From the NCBI RefSeq assembly GCF_009914755.1, contig NC_060933.1: DNA of 64,000 bases, one strand, 5' to 3'. The position numbers and the translations under genes are program-made. This DNA comes from the human T2T-CHM13v2.0 reference genome, Homo sapiens. The notes beneath the pieces are model-generated. The model was not told the DNA's origin. It made no database searches and saw only the letters and a list, made by a program, of their open reading frames with translations. This document shows positions 1 through 10,655 of the stretch, piece after piece (the stretch's first letter is position 1; every line of letters starts with the position of its first letter).

Positions 1-675
1 CATGGATATCATATAATAGGTACTTAACAAATGTTGAGTGAATTAAAGACATATTTCACAATCATATGAAGATATGGTCATTGACTAATTTGCATTAAGG
101 GCTACACCAGATAATAAATATATCTAAATTTTGTTTCCAACATACTAAAGGAGGACTTTAATTCACAACCAAAAAGATGATAGATATTGTTAGATACTTC
201 TATTTCATATTTATATGGCTTTTTTTCTAAAGTGCATTATCATAATTTCTGTTTACTCTTATAATACTTTGGTGAAATAGGTTAAGAAAGTAATATCAAA
301 ATTTTACAGGAAAAGAGGCTTACAAATGAGGTGAAGTAACTTGATCAAAGACATCCCCCTTTCTACCATCCCCGAAGTACAATCACGGTCATATGTTAAG
401 TTTCCTTACATACTGGTGAAGCCCTTGAGTAATTTTTTTCCATTTCTTTTTTCATACACATCACAACCCTTCTAAGATCCTAGTTTCATGTAGTGGAGTT
501 AGTAGTATTATTTGCACGGTATGGGAGAAGACCGAGATTCTTTATTTTTCTCCTCTAATGTGAAATTACAACCTCAGCCCCTAGCCTGGAGAAAATATCT
601 CCAGGTCTGAAATCCCATCAGCTATCTGGCCCTGGCTTCCTCCTACTGTTTTGGCATTTTACTTTTTGTGATAAC

Positions 676-1189
676 TGTGGCTTAAAAACATTATGTCCAC
701 AATCTCTTTGACACTCTCTGACACTCCTCCCTATAAGAGACAAAGGCTTGAGTATGGGCTGAACTTAGGTACTTGCTTCTAATGATTAGAATAAAGCTCA
801 AGTAATCATGTATGACTTGGAGAACAGGCCATAAAAAGATATCACAACTTCTTTGTAGTTCTTTCCTTCTTGAATTACTTATCTGGGGGAAGCTAGATCA
901 CCAATAAGCAGCCCACATGGTAGGAAACTCAGGCCTCCAGCCCACAGGCAGTGAAGAACGGACACATCCTGCCCATAGCCATGTGAATGAGCCATCTTGG
1001 AAATGGATCCTCCAGCCCTTTCCAACCCTTTAGATGACTGTAGCCCAAGCTGAAACTTGATTGCAGCCTAATGAGGGACCCAGAGCCAGAACCATCCAGC
1101 TAAGCTGTTCTTAAATTCCTGGCCCACAGAAATGATGAGATAATATTTTGGTGGTAATTTGTTATTCAGTGATAGATAGATAAGTAATG
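676..1189 (+). mobile_element. MaLR solo LTR, MLT1F/G-like
   Basis: MLT1 motifs 'gccatgtgaatgagccatcttggaaatggatcctccagcc', 'ccagctaagctg...aattcctggcccacagaaa' and 3' 'ggtaatttgttat'; boundaries approximate. Confidence 0.75.
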
Positions 1190-1560
1190 CCCTATTTTTC
1201 CAAGCATTTCTGTTTCTGTAGTGGGAGAATGCAGGCTGTCTATATCATGTCAGTTGGTCATGTTAGCTGAAATTGCTGGGCACAGTAGCCCATACAATAA
1301 AATGTACAAACATAGATGAATTACATTTTACATATATATGCCTGTATTTCTAAGGTATCACTTGCTTATATTAAATAATTGCTACTCTTATAACCCCTGT
1401 GCTTCAATGAAGACATTCATTCTTCATGCAGGAATATTCATAAGAATTGAATTCAATTAAATAGGATGTGGTCAGCTTTCTCTCAAAATGTGTTACTGTA
1501 GAAACTCCCAGAAGGAATAAGAAATGTTGAAAAAATTTAAACTCATTCTTTTTATAAATA

Positions 1561-1646
1561 CATCTTATTGAATTATTAGATTGCAAATACACATATGTGC
1601 ACACATATGTGCATGTGTATTTGCAAATCAATAGTTCAATAATATG
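1561..1646. repeat. Inverted repeat/hairpin with 34-bp arms
   Basis: 1561-1594 pairs with 1613-1646: 29 Watson-Crick + 2 G-T pairs out of 34 (hand count), 18-nt loop. Confidence 0.85.
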
Positions 1647-1769
1647 CACACATATATGCATGTTGATATATGTTGATATATACAGTATATATACATATCT
1701 GAATGTGTGTGATCATATATATAATTAATCTACTACTGTATCTTTTTTTTCTCATATGGCAATAAATAC

Positions 1770-1982
1770 ATGGACTTTAGGGTAAACAGGTTTAAATCTC
1801 ATTTTGATGCCTTGCTAGTTCTATGAACTTGAAAAAACTTACTTGATCACTGTTTCTGTTCCTGCATTTGTAAAATGAATGAAATCTTACAATGTCATAG
1901 AGTTACTATGGAGATTAAACGTCATTATGTATTTCAAATGCCTAGCGTAAAGCCTAGTTTAAGAAGCACACATAAACTATTA
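1770..1982 (+). mobile_element. MIR SINE
   Basis: MIR core 'ctgtttctgttcctgcatttgtaaaatg...agttactatggagattaaa...aaatgcctagc'. Confidence 0.7.
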
Positions 1983-2157
1983 ATTTCTTTTCCTTTTCCC
2001 TTGTCTTGCCTTCGTTTTTTGTTTCTTATAGTTACTTACTCCTACATTACAAATTGAAAAGGCAGAATTCTAATAAGCAGGCTCCACAAACAGTACTTAA
2101 AAAGTATGTGAAGTGTAGATAGTTTATGTATGTACATTACCACAAATGTTTTTACAG

Positions 2158-2184
2158 GGAGAGCACAAAGGCTTATCTATAAAG
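2158..2184 (+). other. Candidate 27-nt exon of an unidentified gene
   Basis: 'tgtttttacag|GGAGAGCACAAAGGCTTATCTATAAAG|gtaaga': plausible acceptor and strong donor in unique DNA; no protein recognised. Confidence 0.35.
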
Positions 2185-3259
2185 GTAAGACTTACATTTA
2201 ACCATATATACTTTCTTTCTTTTAGAAATAATTTTAATGTGGGTCATTAAGGCTAGAAGTGAAAAGTTTGTATGTGTTGACCTTTTTGTTTCCCTGTAAC
2301 ATTCATATCTCACCTAATTTTTCCAGTAGAATGATATCACATTTTATTGCTATATTCTTGGTCTAAATATAGACATTTTAAAAAATTGATAACATTCAAC
2401 TTACAGGTATTATCCTTCTATTCTTAAAAGTTATATTTACTTACATTGGAAAAAGCAGAGTAATAGTCCTGTAACTGATAAGATTTGGATTGCAAACAAG
2501 AGTCTTTAGTTAAGTAAAAAAAAATTATTGGAAGGCTACAAGGGGCCCAGAGAATTAAGACAGATAGGAAGACCATGTGAGCTGTGGCCAGGAAGAACAG
2601 CAATGCCTCATAGAAGAAAGTCTGGCCGGCCTGTTCCTGTGTGATGAATAATCTGTAATCCTTCATTGCGCCCTTACCCAAGACTCAAAACCACAAAAAA
2701 GCATCCAATTGGCCAAGCTTAGATCATGTGTCCTCTCTAGACTGTACAAAAATGTTGAGAGAAAACTTATGGCTCCTTTGACTATTCAAATGGCTGACAA
2801 ATACTCGGGTTTACTCTCAGACCAAAATTATACATGATGGAATGAAACAACTCCCCAAAATCAAATAAGACTATCTTAGGAGAGACAAAGCTGGGCTGAC
2901 AAAAAAATACATTTGTGGAACTAGTATTGTCTTAACTGACTCTTTTCAAGGGAAGAGAAACTACACGTGCCAACAAGGCTATAGAATTGAAGAGCAGGCA
3001 TGATGAGATATGAGAAAACAAATTTATCATTGTGAACACTGATACTTCATATTTGGTTAGGAAGACTGATAGTTACATTAAATACAGAAATTATACACTT
3101 TTTAAATTAAAATAGAGAAAGAATAGGGAGTGACTAGATAATACTAGATTCATTGTTGAGATTTATTTTCATTTATTAAGATTTATCTTGTAATGAAAAT
3201 CTAATTATTACTTAAGTAATAGCAATAGATTCATCTAGTTTTCATGTTAAATTAACTCA

Positions 3260-3953
3260 ATATGGTATAATAAACAGTGTATTTGGTCTTTGTCCTCTGT
3301 TCCCGACTGATAGGAGTGTATTTTGTTATTCATAAGCAAATCTTTTGATCACACTTGAGTTTATGCTAATGAGACAATGGGGGTGGGTGGGTGCAGGCCT
3401 AGATAACTTCAGAATGGGGCGGTTCGACAGAAAGACTGAATGATTAGAATGATTCTAAAGAGGAGGTAGGTAGGAGAAAAGATTAGGCTAACTAAAATCT
3501 CTTCAACAAAATTTGACGAGCTTCCAGGCTGGTGAACATATCAAAATGCTGGGAGGGTGGCGTACCCAGGTAGGATATGCCCCATTCATCTCTTCCATCT
3601 GGCTGTTCCTGAGTAAATGTAAGTACAGTGTTTCCCTGAGATCTGTGAGCCATTTTAGCACATTATCACACCTGAGAATAGGGTTGTAGAAATCCCCAAT
3701 TTATAGCTAGTCCATCAGAAGTATGGGAGGCCCAGGCTTGCAACTGACATCTGGATTGGGTTCAGTGTTGTGATACTAAGCCTTCTAATTGGTACACTCT
3801 CAAACTAACTACATTTAGATGATGTCAGAATTGGATTGAATGCTAGGACACCCAGCTGTTTGGTGGAGAGTTGGAGAGTTGCTTGGTATGGAAAAACTCC
3901 ACACAGTTGTTGTCAGGAGTGTTGCGCATATAGAGAAACAGTGTTTCTCCAGA
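3260..3953 (+). mobile_element. MER21 (MER21C-like) LTR
   Basis: 'tatttggtctttgtcc', 'tgagtttatgctaatgag', 'gagcttccaggctggtgaaca', 'gtcagaattggattgaa...ggacacccagctg' match the recalled MER21 consensus. Confidence 0.75.
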
Positions 3954-4592
3954 CTAAGAGATGCTATAATCAATTGGCTGAAAATAAGAGGATAAATCTG
4001 TATCTTTTCTTTTAAAAAAGACTAACCTGAGAGATTTTGCCTGAGATTACTATCTTTTGTTGGATAACCTAATTAAAAACAACCCACTGCCAAACAATTA
4101 ATTCTGGAAGCTAAGAAAAACAGATTTTTATCGCTTTATAGTGTGCAGTCCAGAACGTGAATACTTCAAATAGCCAATCTCACACTTGCTTAATCTACCA
4201 AGTGAGCTGAAACTTGAAAGTTCTTATCTCCTTGATTCTTATCTGTGTATGTCTGTCGGGGGGAGGGGGGAATGGGTGTTCTAACAAGTTAGGAACAGAG
4301 TTAAAATGCCCGATTTTCATGTTGTTTTGGTAACAGGCTTATATCTGCACTGTCTGCTACTATTGGTGAGAAAATTAGTTTTTAAAAGATAGTCTCAGTA
4401 CAGTTGTTCATTAGTTAGACTTAAAAAACAGACACAGAATTCCATCCTTTGTACCCAAGAAAACATTTTAATGACTGGGAATTAAATTTATCTAAATTGG
4501 CATTCTTAACTCTTTGGCTGGAAAAGCCAAATTAGAAATACAATACTCTCTTGCAAATAAGTAATTAGAGTATATTATTGACTGTGTTGTAG

Positions 4593-4670
4593 ATTTCAGA
4601 TATAATCAGGAATTTTACAAGTGGAAATCCTGGAACTGATATAATAAATGGAAGAATTAAAGGGTTTAAC
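4593..4670 (+). other. Candidate terminal exon with poly(A) site
   Basis: Weak acceptor 'gtgttgtag|' at 4592; AATAAA at 4643-4648, ATTAAA just after, then U/GU-rich 'gtttcattttgtgttg'. Confidence 0.25.
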
Positions 4671-4939
4671 AAAGTTTCATTTTGTGTTGATACCCAAATT
4701 GGACAATTGAGTACCATTAAAGTAGTAAGACTATCTAAGTGCTACCCAGCATTTTTGAAACTACCTAATTTTCCAACAAATAATACTCTCTGCACTATAT
4801 ATAATTAGGTATATGCCAAAGTCAGCTTTGTTTTGCTATTCCTGAATGCCATTTTTGTTACTTGTAATCTCTATTAAGTATATAGAACAGTAACACACTT
4901 GAGATTTAAATGAATATCTAAGAAATGCTTCCTTTTTCT

Positions 4940-5073
4940 TTTTTTTTAATTATACTTTAAGTTATAGGGTACATGTGCACAACGTACAGGTTTGTTACAT
5001 AGGTATACATGTGCCATGTTGGTTTGCTGCACCCGTCAACTCATCATTTACATTACGTATTTTCCCTAATGTT
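4940..5073 (-). mobile_element. Extremely 5'-truncated L1PA 3' end with 17-bp TSD
   Basis: Poly(T) followed by 'attatactttaagttatagggtacatgtgcacaacgtacaggtttgttacataggtatacatgtgcc'; flanks aaatgcttcctttttct (4923-4939) and aaatacttcctttttct (5074-5090). Confidence 0.9.
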
Positions 5074-6284
5074 AAATACTTCCTTTTTCTGATAATCAGG
5101 CATTTCTTCTCTTTTGTTTGATCTCTGTTTCTGTCACTCTCCATCCAGGAAACTGGTGGCATAGGATACAATGGGACTGTCCAAAGGTGCATCTCCACTT
5201 TTTGTAATTTCACACTCTTTATGATTCTATTTCACACTTCTTAAAACATGGTACTATCCCTACAGTGTCACTATTCACTTGTATGTTATTGTGCAGGGGA
5301 ACAAAAGTTGCTGTGTAGAATAAATAAGTTGAGATCCTTTAGTATGCTGAGTTGACAAAACTAAATTCTTTAGCACTTGTAGTGCATTATGCCCATCATT
5401 ACCTTTAAACTACTGAAAGGAGGTTTAGAAGAGTTGCATAAGATCAACTACTAAGGATCAGCTTGTGGAAAATCAACAATTGTCCCTGCACTACATTATT
5501 ACATGCTGTGAGAACTATTGAGAACTGGAATACTAAAGTACTAAAGAACTATCAATCTGTTGTTGCTATGCACCATCATTATAAAACATTTCCATTTCAG
5601 CTAGTCATATTCAATTAGCTAATATGTAAATTGAATTCAATTTTATTAAGGTATAAGCAATTCACAATAATGAAGCTTACAAGTACAGGATTCCATCAAT
5701 TGTTAAAAGATCATTGCATGGTAAAATATAAACATTTCACTGTTATGAAATTTATTCTGGAAGTAATAAAAATACCAGTTCTTTTTGAATCAATATAAAT
5801 AATAGAAATGCAAGCCAAGGAATTGCATTTTTTATAAGTTTGACTGTTTTCACACTGTCTTTTGTTTAGTTTTATATATTTATTTATTATTAATCTAATT
5901 AGATCAATCTGCTAGGGCTCATGAAACAATACTCCAAAGTATGGCACTATGACATGTTTAGTACTTTGAACTAAAGGACATTGGAAAGCCTCAGAAGTAG
6001 CCTCAGACCCACGATCCCTCTGAGCTTCTGACATTCTTCTTGAAGCAAGTCACAGAAACCAAAATTTCTCTTCCTCAAGGCCAGTCATAAAAACTAGAAC
6101 CCCTTTTCCACAAATCCAGCTATAAACCTAGAAAAATACTACTCTAACCCTCCTTGTTCTTCTATATAGGAGATGGGTGTAAGGAAATTCTCTAACCCAA
6201 CCTTGTCCAATAATAGCTCTTAAGACCCTTATACCAGAAGGGGCCCTACTCAGTCCCTGGGAATAAGGAATGATGCACAGAGGC

Positions 6285-8557
6285 TGTATTAGTTTGTTCC
6301 CATGCTGCTATGAAGAAATACCAGAGACTGGGTAATTTATAAAGAAAAGAGGTTTAATTGACTCCCAGTTCCACAAAGCTGGCGAGGCCTCAGGAAACTC
6401 ACAGTCATGGCAGAAGGCACCTCTTCTCAGGGTGGCAGGGGAGAGAATGAGTGCCAAGCAAACGGGGAAAATCTTCTTACCAAACCATCAGATTTCGTGA
6501 GATCTCACTATCATGAGAACAATATGGGGGTAACTGCCCCCAAGATTCAATTACCTCCCAACAGGTCCCTTCCACAACATGTGGAAATTATGGGAACTAC
6601 AATTCAAGATGAGATTTGGGTGGTGACACCGAGCCAAACCATATCATTCTGCCCCGGGCCACTCCCTAATCTCATGTTCTTACATTTCAAAACACAATCA
6701 TGCCTTCCCAACAGTCCTCCAAAGTGTTAGCTCATTCCAGCATTAACCCAAAAGTCCAAGTTCAAAGTCTCATCTGAGATAAGGCAAGTCTCTTCTGCCT
6801 ATTAGCCTGTAAAATCAAAAGCAAGTTAGTTACTTCCTATATACAATTAGGGTACATGCATTGGGTAAATACACCCATTCCAAATGGGAGAAATAGACCA
6901 AAAAAAGGGGCTATAGGCCCCATGCAAGTCTGAAATCCAATAGGGAAGTCATTAAACCTTAAAGTTCCAAAATGATCTCCTTAACGCCATGTCTCACATC
7001 CAGTTCATGCTGATGCATGACGTGGGCTCCCACGGCCTTGTGTAGTTCTGCCCCTGTGGCTTTGTAGGGTATAGTCACTCTCCTGGCTGCTTTTATGGGC
7101 TGGCATTGAATGTCTACAGCTTTTCCAGGTACATAATGCAAGCTGTCAGTGGATCTAGCATCCTGGGGTCTGGAGGATGATGGCCCTTTTTTTCAAAGCT
7201 CCACTAGGTAGTGCCCCGGTGGGGACTCTGTGTGGGGGCTCCAACCCCACATTTCCCTTCTGCACTGCCCTAGCAGAGGTTCTCCATGAGGGCTCAGCCC
7301 CTGCAGCAAACTTCTGCCTGGACATCCAGGCATTTCCATACATGATCTGAAATCTAGGTGGAGGTTCCCCAAACTCTATTCTTAACTTCTGTGCACCTGC
7401 AGGCCCAACACTACAGGTAAGCTGCAAGGCTTGGGACTTGCATCATCTGAAGCCATGTCCCATGCTATACCTTGGCCCCTTTTAGCTACAGCTGGAGCTG
7501 AAGCAACTGGGGCACAGGGCACCATGTCCTGAGGATGCATAGAGTGGGCGGGCCCTGGGCCCAGCCCATGAAACCATTTTTTCCTCCTAGGCTTCCAGGT
7601 CTGTGGACAGGGACTGCTGTGAAGGTCTTTAACATGCCCTGGAGACATTTTCCCCATTGTCTTGGTGATTAACATTTGGTTCCTCATACTTATGCAAATT
7701 TCTGCTGCATGCTTGAATTTCTCCCCAGAAAATTGTTTTCTTCTTTTCTATGACATCACCCGGCTGCAAATTTTCCAAACTTTTATGCTTTGCTTTCTCT
7801 TGAACACTTTGTCACTTAGAAATTTCTTCTGCCAGATACCCTAAATCAACTCTCTCAAGTTCAAAGTTCCACAGATGTAAAGGACAGGGGCAAAATGCCT
7901 TCAGTCTCTTTGCTAAAGGATAGCAAGAATCACCTTTATTCAGTTCCCAAAAAGTTCCTCATCTCCATCTGAGACCACCTCAGCCTGGACTTCATTGTCC
8001 ATACCACTATCAGCATTTCGCTAAAAGCCATTCAACAAGTCTCTAGGAAGTTCCAGACTTTCCTACATCTTCCTTTCTTCTTCTGAGCCCTTCAAATTGT
8101 TCCAACCTCTGACTGTTACCCATTTCCAAAGTTGCTCTCACATTTTTGCGTATCTTTACAGCAATGCCCCACTACCTCAGTACCAATTTATTGTATTAGT
8201 TCATTTTCAAATGCTATGAAGAAATACCTGAGACTGGGTAATTTATAAAGAAAAGAGGTTTAATTGACTCACAGTTCCACATGGCTGGGGAGGCCTCAGG
8301 AAACTTATAATCATGGCAGAAGTCACCACTTCTCAGGGTGACGGGAGACAGAATGAGTGCCAAGCAATGGGGGAAAAGCCCCTTATAAAACCATCATATC
8401 TTATGCAAACCCAGTCACTACTGTCATGAGAACAACATGGGGGTAATCAGCTCCATGATTCAATTACTTCCCACTTGGTCCCTCCCATGACAAATGTGGA
8501 TTATGGGAACTACGATTCAAGATGAGATTTGGGTGGGGACACAGCTACACCATATCA
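6285..8557 (-). mobile_element. Full-length THE1 (THE1C/D-like) MaLR provirus: LTR 6285-6646, internal 6647-8191, LTR 8192-8557
   Basis: Two LTRs 'tgtattagt...catatca', ~1.55-kb THE1 internal region, 5-bp TSD GAGGC at 6280-6284 and 8558-8562. Confidence 0.95.
6959..7687 (-). pseudogene. Frameshifted remnants of the THE1/MaLR internal ORF
   Basis: ORFs 7382-7687, 7155-7427 (PPRFQIMYGNAWMSRQKFAAGAEPSWRTSARAVQKGNVG) and 6959-7141 are broken pieces of the MaLR internal ORF. Confidence 0.75.
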
Positions 8558-8804
8558 GAGGCCAAGAAGAGTTTCCACTGATGGGGGCTTTCTGGATTAT
8601 TACCCTTTGTCCAATTGCACTCCTACATGGCTGTCCACTCTTCATGGAATGTAAGCATAAAGTGGACAGTTTTTCTTTGTGTCTTTCAGTCTTCATTCTG
8701 AAGGCTCTCATGTTATGTTCTTCTCCTCTTGTCTTTTGTTATAGGGGAGTCAGCCTTATGAGGGGTGAGAAAAGGTATCACCCCATTTTTGCCCCTACTG
8801 TTTC

Positions 8805-8822
8805 TGGTGTCCAATAAGGGAC
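8805..8822 (+). promoter_or_regulatory. Degenerate primer-binding site
   Basis: TGGTGTCCAATAAGGGAC just 3' of the 5' LTR; 14/18 to the recalled HERV9-type PBS TGGCGACCACGAAGGGAC and 13/18 to the tRNA-Lys3 PBS, so the tRNA is unresolved. Confidence 0.6.
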
Positions 8823-9134
8823 ACCTGAGACACCTGACTCACTTTGGAACATACTGGTGTTATTCTCAGACAACCAACAAAAAGCCAGATAAAAAAGGTC
8901 AGAATTTTTATCAATGTCAGCTGTCCCAGATTTCTGCCTCCAGAATCTTGTCAAGAATGTAAAGTAAAAATTTGTTTGTTCCTTCCTTTCCAAATTCAGA
9001 TTAACATGAAAAAATCATTTGTATAAATTTGCTCTTAGATTCAGTAACTCTGGTGACTTTTTTGTTGTTGTTGTTGTTTGGCCATGATATTCTAAACATG
9101 GAAAGTTACCTTGCATGTCTCCATGAACTTATTA

Positions 9135-9509
<375 letters not shown>

Positions 9510-10487
9510 TCATCCCAAACAACTATATTTCTGATACCTATGGGAAAATCAAATTTAAAAATGGACACAAAGGAGTATAAAAGCTAGCCTTAGATACTCC
9601 TTTAATAAGATTAAAAAGCAGAAATTAGATTAGAAACAAAGTTAAAATTCAAATCCACCCATAAATTCTCCTCTCTGCCCTCTTATACTCTCTCAACTTC
9701 CTGGGAGTCCCTGACACTCCAGATCTTTTGCATTTCTGGTCCCCAGATTTAAAATTCCCTTTTTCTAAATCTAGCTCCATTTCCTTAGTACATTCCTTTA
9801 GCTAAAGAATGAATTATTTGTTTGAATTCATTTGAATTATGACTTTTGGTTTTGGGTGTCAATTCATTTGTGGTCCTTCCCCTTCCATGAACAGCCTTTG
9901 TTTTCCCATTTGTCACATTTTTAACACTCCGTCTATTGGGGCATTTTGATTATTTGGGCTTTGTGTGCAGGCAGCCAACCATAAGGTTGGGACCCCAAAG
10001 AAAATGGCCAGAGAGAAATGTGTGTTAAGCCCCACTGTGGCTAAGCAAATTGACTACCGCCAGCTCTCAATGTGTTGTCTAAGCTTTTCTAACTCTGGCT
10101 GTCATTTGGAGTGCTCTGGATCTTGAAAAGGCTGCACCTTTTTGCTTCCTCTTTGGAAACCTTAGTTAAGCCTCAAAAGGCTTATTAGTTTTTGTCTGGA
10201 ATTACTTGTCAGATATAACTTTGGTTCTTATTTGTTTGACTTTCTCTACTAAGCTAAAATGGAACTGTATACTCAGAAGGAAAAAGAAACAATTTATTAA
10301 AACATCACAAACACTAACAATTCTAAATATAGAGCACAGAAATCTTTTGATTTCCTTCTTAGTTGGAAACCTGATTCCTGATAGGAAGGAGCAAACAAAT
10401 GATAATACAATTGGATAGATGGGTGAGCCCCTCAATAGCATTCAGGCTGCAAATTAATTATTGAGGAATTAAAAACAACTAACCTTA

Positions 10488-10655
10488 CCTGGGCATGATG
10501 GCACACACTTGTAATCCCAGTACTTTGGGAGGCCAAGGCAGGAGGATCACTGGAGCCCAGGAATTTAAGGCTGCAGTTAGCTATGATCATGCCACTGTAC
10601 TCTAGCCTGGGTGACAGAGTGAGACCCTATCTTTACAACAACACCACCACCACCC
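10488..10655 (+). mobile_element. Free Alu monomer (FRAM/FAM-like)
   Basis: Single right-arm-type monomer; TSD aacaactaacctta (10474-10487) / aacaactatcctta (10656-10669). Confidence 0.8.

Larger units (their letters stand above)
5910..8799 (+). mobile_element. 5' LTR of the ERV1 provirus (MER39-like), split by THE1
   Basis: 'tgctagggctcatgaaacaatactccaaagtatggcac' to 'gagaaaaggtatcaccccatttttgcccctact'; colinear with the 3' LTR once 6285-8562 is removed (~612 bp). Confidence 0.85.

Noticed and set aside
5628-5643. 16-bp palindrome aaattgaattcaattt (similar 14-bp one at 1445-1458)
   Set aside because: Short and AT-rich; plausible by chance.
6407-9026. ORFs in THE1 and the host LTR
   Set aside because: LTR or MaLR internal sequence with no intact gene.
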